This document shows positions 11,791 through 26,289 of a stretch of 64,000 nt of DNA, piece by piece. The stretch comes from Octopus bimaculoides (taxonomy: Eukaryota). Every line of letters begins with the position of its first letter. Position 1 is the stretch's first letter. The position numbers and the translations under genes were made by a program. Location: the NCBI RefSeq assembly GCF_001194135.2, contig NC_068985.1, forward strand, positions 49,244,605-49,308,604, read 5' to 3'. The notes beneath the pieces are model-generated. The model was not told where the DNA came from. It made no database searches and saw only the letters and a program-made list of their open reading frames with translations.

Positions 11791-13747
11791 TATATATATA
11801 TATATATATACTTAAAATTGCAGCCATCCATACATACAGGCATGTCTTTTATGGCCATGCCCTTGCTCCCTCACCCAGCTGAGAGGTCTTTACAGCATCC
11901 AGCCATAGAAACCATGCTAAAACAGACAAATGGAGCTTGGACGGCTCCTGTCAAACTGTCCAACACATGCCGGCATGGAAAACGGACGTTAAACAATGAG
12001 GATGATGATTGTTGCTGTATACTCTCTGCATATCTATCAAAGATAGTCGCTCTTCTTTTTATTGCCAACCCATACCTGTTTTCCAAGTAATGGAATTCTT
12101 TATTCCACAAATCTTCAAAAGCACAAAATGACAAACATAAAAATCAACAAAGGAATGTCACCATCAGTATCACTTCACTCAAGCCATATCAAACATGGCA
12201 TAGAAACATTCACACAGACACACACACACACACACACACGACAGGTTTTCTGAAGAAGTTTCTCTTTACTGAATTCACTCACAAGGCATTGGTTGGTCCA
12301 AGACTATAGAAAACACTTACCCAAGCCTGAAAACAGCATGTCTGCAATGCAAACTTCTGGACTACACAACCATATCTGTGTTCATGAAGTTGTACGTTTG
12401 TATGTACACCACAGCAGGTGTCACTGACATTTCACTTTTTTTTTTTTTTAACATGACTTAGCAGTGATGGTCAAAGAGTAATAGCACCCATGACATTTTC
12501 CAGGGCCTACATGACTAATGCAAGAGGAGCAGAGACAGAAATTATCCTCAGATAGATCTAACCCAAATATTTACAACATGGTGGACTAAAATAATCCAAG
12601 GGTCTAGTTATGATGGTGTTAACCCAGGCTACATATTAAGTCTACCCCTAAAACATTGTATAGAAAAGTACTCGTTAGCTTGCAATTCCTAGTAAGAGTT
12701 TTCTTGAAGATGGGAGTGGGAGCAGGACTATGTTGTCAATTTGTTTTGGTGCTTATGCATATATATATGTGTGTGTTTGTATATATATGCACAGATAGAT
12801 GTAGATATCTGTATATAAACATTAATTAACATATAATTATGCATTATATATTTGTGTGTATATAAATACATTTGCCATTCTCTCTTCCTATGTATACATT
12901 AATATCCATAATTATGTACAAAATGACTTGAGAGGAATATTAAGTTTTGAAAATGTTATCTTTCAACACAGCAGGATTCTGTTGTTCTACTTGTGTAATT
13001 CCATGAATTGGCATATATCACATACACACACTTATATATGATACATAATATATACATATGTGTATAATTCATCTAAAAGTCCATAAGTCATGAAAAAGAT
13101 GCCCTCATATATCTGTCAATAGAGTGGGTACATTATCTGTATATATATATATCCATCACGGCTGATCTTACCAACTGGTTTTGCACTAGGGTAACAATCT
13201 GATTATATAACTCTACGCTCATCAGAGGTAACCAATATGGAAAGAAATATAGTGACTGCTACAAAGTGCTCTATACCACTGAGTAAAGCTTATATAATAT
13301 AATCTTGCATAACTGTGAAGATGTAGACACTAAATACATGTGGAGACACAAATTTTAATATTTAAATAGTTTTAAAAAATTATTTTTACATTATGATTCA
13401 TTATTATGCCTATATTTTTCATTTGTGTGAATGTATGCATGTGATTTTATATATGATAAAACAATCCAAAGAGACAACTAGTATGTGTGTGTGTGTATGT
13501 GTATGTATATATATATATATATATATATACATACATATCTTCTTTTACTTGTTTCAGTCATTGTTGGAGCACCACCTTGAAAGGTTTTAGTCAAACAAAT
13601 CGACCCCAGGACTTTTTTAAAGCCTAGTACTCACTCTATTGGTCTATTTTGTTGAACCGCTAAGTTACAGGGACATAGCCACACCAACACTGGTAGTCAA
13701 GCAGTGATGGTGGGGGACAAACACACACACACATGCACATATATATG

Positions 13748-13785
<38 letters not shown>

Positions 13786-13954
13786 CAATGCGCTTCTTTC
13801 AGTTCCATCTACCAAATCCACTCACAAGGCTTTGGTCAACCCAAGGCTATAGTAGAAGACACTTGCCCAAGGTGCCATGCAGTGGGGCTGAACCTGGAAC
13901 TATGTTGGGAAGAAAGCTTCTTACAACACAGCCATGACTGCACTTATATATGTG

Positions 13955-13986
<32 letters not shown>

Positions 13987-14808
13987 CACGCATGCATGCA
14001 CGCACACATACATACATATTAGCTATCTTAAAGATGATATTTTGGCAGTGACAGGCTTTTACAGTTTAGTGTATATATTGTATGGAAGTGGGTAAATAAT
14101 GAAGTACATGAAACTGAAGCAATAAATAAATGAGAGAGGAAGGATTAAGAATCACTGATGTGAAGGATTCGTTGTTGGGTAGGAACACAGATGGCATTGT
14201 GCTTCTTTTTTTAATTTTTTCTTAGCTCCAAGTCAGAGTAGATTAATCAGACAAGTAATAAAGGCCTTTAATCATGACTATCCATTACAGTAAAATTGAG
14301 CAAAGTCTTGTGTAAAATTCTGAAATGTATAACCTTGTGAGTCTTAATAATGAGATACTGAAACCCGGTGATGATTTACTGTGAAGTAGACTTGCATGTA
14401 GATATTGGAAACCAGATCTTTAAGGGTCTTTCTGTAAGTTACAAGAGAACAACTAGAATTTGAAACAAGCTATGATCACCCTTAAGCTATCTGACATCTA
14501 AACAACTACAATAAAGTAAACAGCTGTCATATCAAACAAAGAGACTGTCCAAATATGTGTGTGTGCATGTTCAAGCATGATTGTGTGTGATTTAATATCT
14601 ATATCTATAAGTAGTTGTGTTTTTATTTCAGGCCATTTACACCACACTCTACCACTGCAGTTCAATCTCTCTTTCATTAAATGCAAGAGGAACTAATAAA
14701 ACTCCATGTCTAACCATGATCTCTCAATAGCAAGGAGCTATAAGTTTGTCTGTTGGGTTTGTCTCTCAGTACTAAATGTCTAAGATAAAGGCCATTATTT
14801 ACAATTGC

Positions 14809-14844
<36 letters not shown>

Positions 14845-15495
14845 CAATAGTAATAATAACTGTTTAAAGGGGTGGGATTTTGAGGGGCGGTTTTAGTTGA
14901 TTAAATTAATCCCAGTACTTGATTAGTACTTTCTCTTACTGACCCAGGGGGATGGATCAAAGTTGACTTTGGCGAAATTTGAACTCAGAATGTAAAGAGC
15001 CATACCAAATTGCCACAAGGTATTTTGTGCAATGTGTTAACAAATCTGTCAATTCACTGCCCTCTTAATAATAATGATTTCAAATTTTGGCACAATGCCA
15101 GCAATTTCGGGGTAAATGGTAAGTAAGTTGATTACATCAATCCCAGTGCTTAGCTGGTACTTGTTTTATTGATCCCGAAAGGATGAAAAGATGAAAGGTA
15201 AAGCTGACCTCGGTTGAATTTGAACTTGGAATGTCGAGGCAGACAACATGCCGCTAAGCATTTTTCTCGGCATGCTAACAATTCTGCCAGCTTGCTGCCT
15301 TAATAATGATAATAATAATCAAACCTAATATAAAAGTAAATAATAGCATTATAATTACAATAGTGTCTTACAGTAAATACAACAGTGAAAGATAATAGCA
15401 GACTAAATTGATCTTTTTGAATGAAACAGGCTCTCTAGGGAGTATAACAAAAATTTAAAGAAAATAATGAGCATTCTCACAGTTCAAGATTTACA

Positions 15496-15536
<41 letters not shown>

Positions 15537-17369
15537 TACTACATCCAAATCTTCAAATTTCCCCCAATGGAGCATAGATTAGCAAATCATTGAGGTTTTT
15601 CCTGAAAGACGTTATTGTCCTAAATCAAATGAAAATACTTCTGTTAAAAAGTGAAACTAGTTTTTAAATTTTGCTGTTGGTTCTTTGTTAACTCTGTAAA
15701 GATCAGCCAATATTTAACTGGTATCATTGACAGCTTATTTAGACTCAAGATCAGCATTTTGTTGAGGAGACTTGCAATATTGTTGATTGAAACAAAATTA
15801 GTTTATAACTGATAAGAATTTTGTTAACACTGAAGAGTTGGAAGAACATGGCAAGATTCAAATTCAGAATATGGAGTATCTACATATTTTAAATGCATGT
15901 ATATTTTCTTCAATATTTCACCAGATTTTTGCACATAATTGTCTGTTGTGTGTGGCCATGGACTTTAAGAATAAATAGGAATTACCATTGGTTGTTATGT
16001 TTGGTCAGAGATATCATCATCATCATTTAACAGCCGTTTTCCATGTTTGTTATGATTAGGAATAAATGGAAATTAAGATTACCTTAACTCTCTGATCTAG
16101 CAGCAACTGCATCTAATAGATTATCCAAGTTGTATAAAATTATATGCATACTATCTTTAGAGCTGCTAGCAAACTAAGGTAGCAAACTGGTGTTGAATGA
16201 GTCTCAGTTGGGACTGTTGTTGCTGTTAATGTAAATATAATCTGTAGCTTCTGTAGGAATAGTCTCATTAGGAATGATATATGAAGAAAAAAATATTCCT
16301 AGTAGTACCCCAATGACCAACATTGTGTCAACTATGCCTTTGTAAGAATACACAAATGAAAGCATGATCTAATTAACCAAACATTATAGCAGTACTAATT
16401 AAAATGGAAGATAGCTTCAAATACATATACAGTATAGTACTAACATTAAGAAAGTTTAATACAAGTGAGAGGTAGCATGGTTAAGTGAGCTACATTCCTT
16501 ATTTAATTAAATATTTAGTAATAACTTGATATGCTAAATGGAATTATATAGAGGAGTGAATAATAATAATAATAATGATAAATCAAAAGGTGTTAATAGT
16601 TTACTTGAAAATACTCCTTAACTTCTTTACTGGTAAAACAATGAAATGTAATCCAATTATACACAACTGGCTGGCAGTTACATAGAGAAAGGAGAATGGA
16701 GTTCTCCGAAACATTACACAGTTGACTAATAGGCATTCTACGAAGTCATTATTTCGATGAAACCATAATGATTAACAAGACTTTTCAAAGGTTACATACA
16801 TGCACATGTATACATACATAAATACAAACATGTATCACATATACTGTGCAGAAGTCTGAAGCATATGATAACATTATCTTGAGTGTTTGACACTTAATTA
16901 AAGGGTTAAAGGGTGTGTGCATACACACAGACACATATACACAAACATATACATACAAATGCACATATATAAATAATTGGAAGACTTGCTACAAAGGTCA
17001 GGTCGTGTATATTTCCTTTATATCATTTATCAAATGTTGACTCTCTCTTTCTATTTTTAGCACTGTATTTACTTGTTCATGGTCTCAAAAATTGCATAAT
17101 TTGTGTGAATACTTGATAAGTACTTTTGGTGAAAAATATCTTGCAGAGCATGGATATGCCTCGTGTGTACATATATGTTAATGTTAGAATAAAAACAATT
17201 TAACATTAAACTGAATACTTTCTGTAGAGTACATATTTATTATACTTTTACAAGAGGGGTGACAGTAACTTCGAAGTTTTGGCTTGCCAGCCTTCATCAG
17301 ACAGTCTGATGAAAGCTAGCAGACTAAAAATTCAAAGTCACATCATCACTTTTTTTTATAAAAGTGTAT

Positions 17370-17406
<37 letters not shown>

Positions 17407-20400
17407 NNNNNNNNNNNNNNNNNNNNNNNNNNNNNNNNNNNNNNNNNNNNNNNNNNNNNNNNNNNNNNNNNNNNNNNNNNNNNNNNNNNNNNNNNNNNNN
17501 NNNNNNNNNNNNNNNNNNNNNNNNNNNNNNNNNNNNNNNNNNNNNNNNNNNNNNNNNNNNNNNNNNNNNNNNNNNNNNNNNNNNNNNNNNNNNNNNNNNN
17601 NNNNNNNNNNNNNNNNNNNNNNNNNNNNNNNNNNNNNNNNNNNNNNNNNNNNNNNNNNNNNNNNNNNNNNNNNNNNNNNNNNNNNNNNNNNNNNNNNNNN
17701 NNNNNNNNNNNNNNNNNNNNNNNNNNNNNNNNNNNNNNNNNNNNNNNNNNNNNNNNNNNNNNNNNNNNNNNNNNNNNNNNNNNNNNNNNNNNNNNNNNNN
17801 NNNNNNNNNNNNNNNNNNNNNNNNNNNNNNNNNNNNNNNNNNNNNNNNNNNNNNNNNNNNNNNNNNNNNNNNNNNNNNNNNNNNNNNNNNNNNNNNNNNN
17901 NNNNNNNNNNNNNNNNNNNNNNNNNNNNNNNNNNNNNNNNNNNNNTTCTCATTTATGATAACTATATAAACAACAACAACGAGACTGTCTAACTATCAAT
18001 AAATTACAGGTGCAACATTGTTTGATATTACCCATAGTGGTAACAGTATAGTCCCAATATCATTCATCATATAATTGGATAAAAAGGACAGTGATCGCCA
18101 AGGGAGATAACTTTCAGATCGTTGTTATTCCTCTTTGCATGATATGATTCTGACACTAACTTTAATATTCTTTTCTATTCTAGACACAAGGCCCGAAATT
18201 TTGTGGGAGGGGCCAGTCGATTAGATCGTCCTCAGTACGCAACTGGTACTTAATTTATCGACCCCGAAAGAATGCAAGGCAAAGTCGACCTCAGCGGAAT
18301 TTGATCTCAGAACGTAACGGTAGACGAAATAATGCTAAACATTTCACCTGGTGTGCTAATGATTCTACCAGCTTGCCACCCTGCTAACTTGAATATTAGA
18401 GTACAACTGCAGAAGGAGTGGGAGTTGTAACTGATGTCTCCAACCCCGGGCCATATATGTATAATAACTAGAATGTGTCAGGGTTTAAGCTAGATATGAG
18501 GGGACAACAACTAATGATACTGATTTCCTTAATACTTCATTAATCAAAAGAACTGTTCATTATTCCTGTGTTTAGTTTACAAAATATTGGTTTCAAATTT
18601 TGACACAAGATCAGCGATTTGGGTGAAGTAGGTAAGTTGATTATGTCAACCCCAGTGTCCAACTGGTACTTGTTTTATTGACCTCCATAAGGATGAAAGG
18701 CAGAGTTGACCTCGGCAGAATATGCATTCATAATGTAGAGATGGATGAAATGCCACTAAGCATTTTACCCAGCATGCTAACAATTCTGCCAACTCACAGA
18801 CTTAAGTTTACAAAATATTACAAATCTAAATTCAACATAACATATGATAAAATGCTGACTGTGATGTTTAAACTCAAAAGTATATTGTATCATCCCAATC
18901 TATTGATACTGGTTTCTGCTATAGGTTCATGACCTCAAATTTTAGGTGTAGCTAATTACATCAACTTCAGTACTTAGATTGGTATTTTATTTTACTGAGC
19001 CTGGAAAGATGAAAGGCAAAATGTTGACTTCAGTGGAATTTGAACTCAGAAAGTAAAATGTCATAACTAAATACCACAAAATGTTCTACCGATTCTGCCA
19101 ATCCATCAGCTTGTTGTAATTATTAGTCTAATTAGTAAATTCTTATAAAAGGCATATACCACCTATATAGAATCAGAACTAAAGACTAATAAGACTGGAA
19201 TCACCACTGGAAAGAGACTGATACCTCTAAACTGCTAGCAGTTAAGATAATAGACGCAGGCTTTCTATCAATGATAGTACCACAGACAATAATCCAGAAG
19301 AAAAAAAAATAACAAGATTAGTAGGGTTTCTTATAAGGTATATATAGATTGGGAAAAGCAAGAAAGAGCAATGTATTAACATGTAACATTAATGCAAGAA
19401 AGAAAGAAATGAACATCTATATTCTCAGGAGGTCCTTATATATCCCTTTACCCAGCTTCAAATGGAAACTGTGCAAGCAGAAGTCTAATGTCATAAAATG
19501 AATGTGCTTAAAGTCTGGCAGGATTAAAAAGAAAGCATTCAATTTTTTCCTCCTCATTTATATGTTAGAAGCACTTTGAGACAATAATCTAAGCTGTAGA
19601 CAACTAAATGCAGGAAGTAATTTTGCCTTTTAAGGTAAAGAATCACAGGAGGCAGTGCTTCTGTAAGGTTGTTTGTATTGAAGTGAATGCCTTATTTTTA
19701 TTGAAGAAATGTGAAAAGTAAGGTGTGTGATTGGGCTACAAGAATACAAAAACATTAACCCAATACTAAGCTTTTTTGAAAATGCATTGAAAGCATATCC
19801 CAAAAATACGACTAATATGAGAAAGAGCCACAACCTGGTTATGACATTCTCATATAATATTAGTACAAAGTTTAGATAAAATAGATGTTCCTATCTGATT
19901 GCAGGTAGGAATGTAGAAACATCTATCTATCAACTGCAAACTAGTGTTTCTCTCTCAATAGCCTGACTATTTTCCCTATATCTGATGAGGAAATTTATAT
20001 CCTATGATGACATTTGCCACAAGGATCATATATCCAGGATATATTACATCTCGGGGAACAAAATAAGGCCCTTGAAGCTCTCTGCACACAATAAACCAAT
20101 AGTCTACAACATATGTGTTTTCTGTACCGATACTCAAATTAACAGTTGGTTTACTAAATAGAAGGGATCAATGCTACTGATAATAAAACCTCAGACACTA
20201 ATAAATACCACTGCCTATTTCCATATCAATGGTGATATCAATTGCCTTTATCTAAAAAGAAAAACAAGGAGATAGAAGTTTAGAATTGAGTCAACCAATA
20301 TGTCAAATCATATCCCTTTAACAGCTTCTAATAAGCATTAATCACCACAGGACATTCACAGAACATGAGAAATTGGCACATATTCTAATTTTAATACTGG

Positions 20401-21451
20401 ACTGTAATTTTAAATGTACATTTGTGACTAATGCGGTACATGATTATGTCACTAACTGCCCCTGTACCAATTTTGAGAAGTTAGGCTTCACAAAACCAGA
20501 AAGGACACAGCTAATTAGAAAATTGCAGTTACAAGCTGTTAATGAAATTATAACAAATATGTAAAAAAAAAAAAATCAAAAAAAAAAAATCCAGAACTTT
20601 AGCCAGCAGTATGTACAAATAAACGCATACAGACATGCAAACGTATATATACATAAGTCAAAGTATACATATGTACACATGCAATGACCTGCATGCATGC
20701 AAACACACACACACACACATAATAACTACCTAGGTGATGTTTGAATTCAAATGAAAGAAGCCATGTTTCCGGGTTGGAGATTGGCTCTTTCTCCATTAGA
20801 AATATTTGCAAATAAAACCAAAAGAACATAAATACATACATACATTGGTATTATATTATTCTTGAAATATAATTTATATTTCTCAAAAGAACAGAGAAAT
20901 AATAAGATTCCTGAAGGATTCATGCAAAACAGTAGGGTGAGTTTTTTTTCTTTTTATATATATATATAAAAAAACATGATTCTGATGATGTGATGGAAGG
21001 GAAACAACTTATGATGGCTTGATACAATAGACAGTCATGGTGATGTCTGTAGACAAGAAAGGTCCCATGAATTTCTTTTTGTGTGTTTTGTTTCTTTTTT
21101 GTGTTTTTTTTTCTACTTTTTTAGCACTTTTGTTTTTCTATGAGAAACTAATAATTTGGACAATTCAAAACAAGATCAATTTTTTAGAGTAACAGTAGTA
21201 GTTGTAGCATTCCTTTTATTATTTTTTTCTATTTGGCTCAAGCCAGCAATTCTTTTTTTAAAAAGAAGAGTTAAGTTGATACCCTCAACCCCTGTACTTG
21301 ACTAGCACTTTATTTTATCAACCCTTGAAAGGGCGAAAGGCAAAGTTGACCCCCAGCTGGATTAGAACTCAGAACATGAAGAGCCAAAACAAATACTGTA
21401 AGGTATTTTTTTTACCGATACTCTGATGGTTCTGCCATTCCACCACCTAAA

Positions 21452-21483
<32 letters not shown>

Positions 21484-21861
21484 ACTGCTGCAACAGTATT
21501 AATATTAATATCAAAAGTAATAGTAGTAAACTAGATGTTGTTGTTCAGCCCCAGGTCAAACCCAATTGACTAAACTTATGATCAACAGCATTCCAACTAT
21601 GACCATCCCATCCATTTCCTTTTTTTTTTTTTTTGTCTAGTGAAGTATGCTGTTGGTGGTGCCCCAGCATGGCCACAGCCCTTGAGCTGGAACTAGTAAA
21701 AAAAGGTCAAAAGAAGTAAGTATATTGAAATACATTAATTAATCATTACATGTGTCTCTCCTTGTTTTAATATAAGACAGTGGAGTGTTTTGATTTCGGG
21801 GTTGGGCCCTGAACTGGTTTTCTAAAATGTTGAATGTCTCTGTAGATGATCCATAGTTGAC

Positions 21862-21893
<32 letters not shown>

Positions 21894-22158
21894 NNNNNNN
21901 NNNNNNNNNNNNNNNNNNNNNNNNNNNNNNNNNNNNNNNNNNNNNNNNNNNNNNNNNNNNNNNNNNNNNNNNNNNNNNNNNNNNNNNNNNNNNNNNNNNN
22001 NNNNNNNNNNNNNNNNNNNNNNNNNNNNNNNNNNNNNNNNNNNNNNNNNNNNNNNNNNNNNNNNNNNNNNNNNNNNNNNNNNNNNNNNNNNNNNNNNNNN
22101 NNNNNNNNNNNNNNNNNNNNNNNNNNNNNNNNNNNNNNNNNNNNNNNNNNNNNNNNNN

Positions 22159-22194
22159 TCTAGAATAACCACTTTTCGCAGAACTTCTACCCAC
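22159..22194 (-). CDS. FGD: FGD probable last coding exon, truncated by gap: (K)WVEVLRKVVIL...
   Basis: Acceptor GTTTCTTTATTCAG. The phase-2 start gives KW as in FGD PH2 (QKWLKVIL). Runs into the N-gap 21894-22158, so the stop codon is not visible. Confidence 0.88.
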
Positions 22195-22537
22195 CTGAAT
22201 AAAGAAACACAATCACAAGAAAAGGAGAAAAATTAAGGTTGAAACTAATTAATTAATTTGAACTGAAACTAATTAATATTTTATTCTAATATAACGGTGA
22301 CTGTTTGAACAACAACAATAATATTTTAAAAATTAAATTTATTGAAAATTATCAGGTGCTGGCATGGCTGTCTAGACGTAAGTGTGGCTATATGGTTAAG
22401 AAGCTGGCTTCCTAACCACGTAGTTCCAGGTTCAGTTGCACTGTGTGGCACTTAGGGCAAGTGTCCTTTACTTTAGCTTCAGGTTGACCAAAGTCTTGTG
22501 AGTGGATTTGGTAGATGGAAACTGAAAGAAGCCCGAC

Positions 22538-22573
<36 letters not shown>

Positions 22574-22815
22574 CTGTTTGTCTCCCACCACTGCTTGACA
22601 ACTGGTGTTGGTGTGTTTATGTCCCTTAACTTAGCAGTTCGGCAAAAGAGACTGATAGAATAAGTTCCAGGCTTAACAAATAAAAATAAAGTACTGGGGT
22701 CAATTCATTCAAATAAGCGTGTCCACAGCCTAATAACTGAAACAAGTAAAACATAAAAGAACTTGTCAGATCCTTGCTCAATTAATGGCAAAATACCAAT
22801 GATGGATATATTTAA

Positions 22816-23035
22816 GCCTTTAGCATTCAAACCAGCTATATCCAGCCCGTACATTCTACCTCTTTTATGCACAAACTGGTTAGATGTAGCCTCTCATACT
22901 TATCCTACAGTGTCTTTCTAAATATAAACAATCACATCATTGAAATCTTGGAGCTACAAGACAGTGCATGATTAATTCAAAATAATGTGAATCAATAAGT
23001 ACTACATTTAAATAAATAATCTGAAAGCTAAAGGA
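22816..23035. mobile_element. piggyBac-type MITE
   Basis: TTAA-GCCTTTAGCATTCA...TGAAAGCTAAAGGA-TTAA. A right-end fragment of the same family lies near 32020-32095. Confidence 0.65.
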
Positions 23036-23777
23036 TTAAAAATTAATGCATAAGTATTATAGGTCTAAGTCGAAAATGTGCCTGAAATTTATCGATGGTG
23101 TTATTGCAGCCGCCTTTGCCTGATCTTCTTGAAACAGCCCCAGGTTAGAATGCAGCCATAATATTTAATTCTATATCAACTCTGATCCAGTAAATCTATA
23201 ACCAAAGAGTGACTGTCATGAGTAAGCCCTTTTCTTTCAGAGATATCTCGACAATATTATCTAATCTTGTCCCTTTCTTTACATAAGGTAGCAGGATGTG
23301 ATTTAAGGGAGATTTGGCTGCTGAGTCTAACAAATTGAGTAACCACATAGCAGCTCCCTATTTTGCAAGGAGAAAATTAAATATGCCAAACACACAACAC
23401 ACATACAACTGATAGAATGCAAAGTTAACTCACTAAAACCAATTTGATACAAGCCTACCTGAGGCTGCTCCTGGTTTTATAATATAAGTTTACATACAAT
23501 TTGAATTAAAACCTTCCATCAAAATTCCTTGTTAATTTTATGTTCCAAACACCATCTTAATATTGATATTATACAAAATTCTTAATTGTTTTCAAAATTA
23601 ATTGAAACAGATGCAGTATATTTCAACAGAAGAATACAAAGTTTAAAATCTTTACATTTCTACCAAAAACTATCAGTAAATCATGTCAATAAAGCAACAG
23701 GACTAATGATTGATAGAATCTATAGTTCCTGGATGTATTAACAAAACCTGTTGTTAATGTATAGCATAGAGCTAGAA

Positions 23778-24055
23778 CAGGGGTCCTCAACCATTTTTTT
23801 TTTTTTATCCATGGACCCTCATAACCGTCCAATGTTTAAAAACTAGTTTTATAGTCTCTTCTTTCAAAATTCCTATTTTGTATTACGCACATCAATTTGT
23901 GTAAGTTGAACTATGTAAAATCTTAGAGAAAGAAACCCAGCTGTTTCTTCCAATACATACATCTAAAGCAAATTTTTTTTAAAGAGCTCCTTAAAATACT
24001 GTTTTGGATCCCCAGTTTAACATTTTGTTGCATGAACCCCAGCTTAGAACCATTG
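23778..24055. mobile_element. hAT-type MITE (same family, shorter)
   Basis: CAGGGGTCCTCAACC...GCTTAGAACCATTG. Flanks AGCTAGAA and AGCTAGGG. Internal sequence shared with 37642-37993. Confidence 0.72.
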
Positions 24056-24534
24056 AGCTAGGGCACTGCTTTGAAGAATTTTAGCCAAACAAATCAACCC
24101 CTGAATTTCTTTTTATTCTGTTGGTCTCTTGCTGAACTGCTAAGTAATTGTATTGTCTCTTAAGGTAAAGAATAATAGGAGACTGTGCTTCTGTTATGTT
24201 ATTTGTATTGAAGTGAACCTCTTATTCTATTGAAGAAATCTGCAAGACATAAAGACACCAACACTGGTTGTCAAGTGGTGTAATGGGGAACAAACACAGA
24301 CACATAGGCACAAACACACACATACACACATATACGAGGGGCTTCTTCACAAGATTTTGGTCAATCTGAGTCTCTAGTAAAAGACACTTGCACAAGGTGC
24401 TATGCAGTGGGACTGAACCTGAAACCATGTGGTTGAGAACCAAACTTCTTATCACACAGCCATGCCTGCAACTTTATAATAAATTCGATAACTACTGTTT
24501 AATAAATTAATAATTTGATTACTGAAACACTTAC

Positions 24535-24692
24535 TTTTGCAGTTGCTGGTCACTTTCAGCCTTAAAATAGTGTACTTGCTGTTCTCTTTGACTAAGTTTA
24601 AAGACATGTGTTCGGTCTACTATAGGATCATTTTCATCTATCACAGTGACTGTATAACCTGGTAATGGCATTGTTGACAGAGCGTAGCCATC
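24535..24692 (-). CDS. FGD: FGD exon (PH2): DGYALSTMPLPGYTVTVIDENDPIVDRTHVFKLSQREQQVHYFKAESDQQLQ(K)
   Basis: Acceptor CTCTTTTTCTTCTAG, donor AAA|GTAAGT. 158 nt, phase 0 to 2. Confidence 0.94.
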
Positions 24693-25637
24693 CTAGAAGA
24701 AAAAGAGGATGAAAAGAAAGACAATAAGTTATAAAGCTATTATGAATATCATTTAATATATTTTAGACAAAGCTTAGCTATTATAGAAGCAGAATCAAGT
24801 AAAGGAGGGGAACAAGGAAAGGGACACTGCATAATACTGCAGGATGTTTATGGACATCAACTAATATATGTAACTGATATGAAATAAATGATAACAGTCT
24901 CTTTATATTGTTTAAAGTTCAGATCCCAACAGGATTATATTTACTCTACACTGCTCTGCAGACAATAAAATAAGTACCAGTTATATACTTGTGTATTCAG
25001 CAAACCACAATTCTCTCCAGTAAACTTGTTATTATATACCAGTGTAGGAAATCATCATCATTATTATTACTAAGGCAGCAAGCTGGCAGAATCGTTAGCA
25101 TGCTGGACAAAATGCTTAGTGGGTTCAAATTCTACCGAGGTTGACTTTGCCTTTTATCCTATTAGTGTTAAATATTTCTTTCTCGATTTAGGTGATAGCA
25201 TAATGGCAGAGTGTGGGGTAGACATAAAAAAAATACTCTTATATGTCTTTAGGTTGATTTTTAATTTTTCACATAGTAAAATAAATAATTATTATAATCA
25301 ACAATGCAACAACAATAAAGAATAACAGAAATAATCATTGTCATCATTTAACATCCGTTTTCCATGTTGGGATGGGTTAGATGGTTTGACAGGAGCTGGC
25401 CAACAAGAGAGCTGCACCAGGTTCCAATTGTCTGTTTTGGCATGGTTTCTTGGGCTGGATGCCCTTCCTAATGTCAACCACTTTACAAAGTGTACTGGGA
25501 GTTTGTTTACATGGCACCAGCACCAGTGTTCTGTACATGTAACCAGCATGGGTGTTTTATATGTGGCACCTGCACAGGTCTTTTATACATAGCACCTGCA
25601 AGGGTACTTTTTAAGTAGAAATCTATTCAATAATTAC

Positions 25638-25766
25638 CTGGTTACTTTTGAAAATGTACATGACAAAATTGTCATGCACGGAAAAAAATCGTCTGCACCA
25701 GTTCTTACAATGGTCTGTACTTATATGTAGGTAGCCACAGTGGACATTAGGTTCAGTAGCTTTACA
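25638..25766 (-). CDS. FGD: FGD exon (PH2 N-half): CKATEPNVHCGYLHISTDHCKNWCRRFFSVHDNFVMYIFKSNQ
   Basis: Acceptor TTCTTATTATTTCAG, donor CAG|GTAATT. 129 nt, phase 0 to 0. Confidence 0.92.
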
Positions 25767-26289
25767 CTGAAATAATAAGAAAAGTACAGAATGTTACAAA
25801 TAAAAAATGACAGAATATCATCAATTTTACATCTTTTTTTTATTTTTTCGAAACTTGCATGAGGTCTTTGAAGAGTCTTAGCAACTTTACAATATAGATT
25901 GAGTGTCTTTATGTTTTTAAATTTTTCATGACTCTAATTGTTGAGACATTGTCAGCTAACCTGCATCAGTATATATTAGGAGTTACAGTACTCCTAGAAA
26001 AATTTTTGCATAAAAAACACACACACACATTCAATTAACTCTTAATTGCTTTTAATTAAAATAAAATAAAATAAAAATATTATACTGTGATACATCAAAG
26101 AGGAGAACTTGTGTGTTATTTGAGATGACAATGGCTAAAAATTGACTGGGGTATTTACTCAGAGTTTATTTAGGATGTAAAATCATTATTCAGCTAATAC
26201 CTTATAGACAAATTAAAAATCAGTCCTGAATGATGAAAATAAAGAATTTTGTAGTAGTGATTAGTCACAGGTGGTACTAATAGCAGTGG

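Noticed and set aside
17279-17992. Long ORFs containing X runs (also 21739-22212, 28968-29543, 35885-36494, 49253-50449, 50785-52077, 60648-61237)
   Set aside because: They are open only because N-gaps and microsatellites contain no stops.
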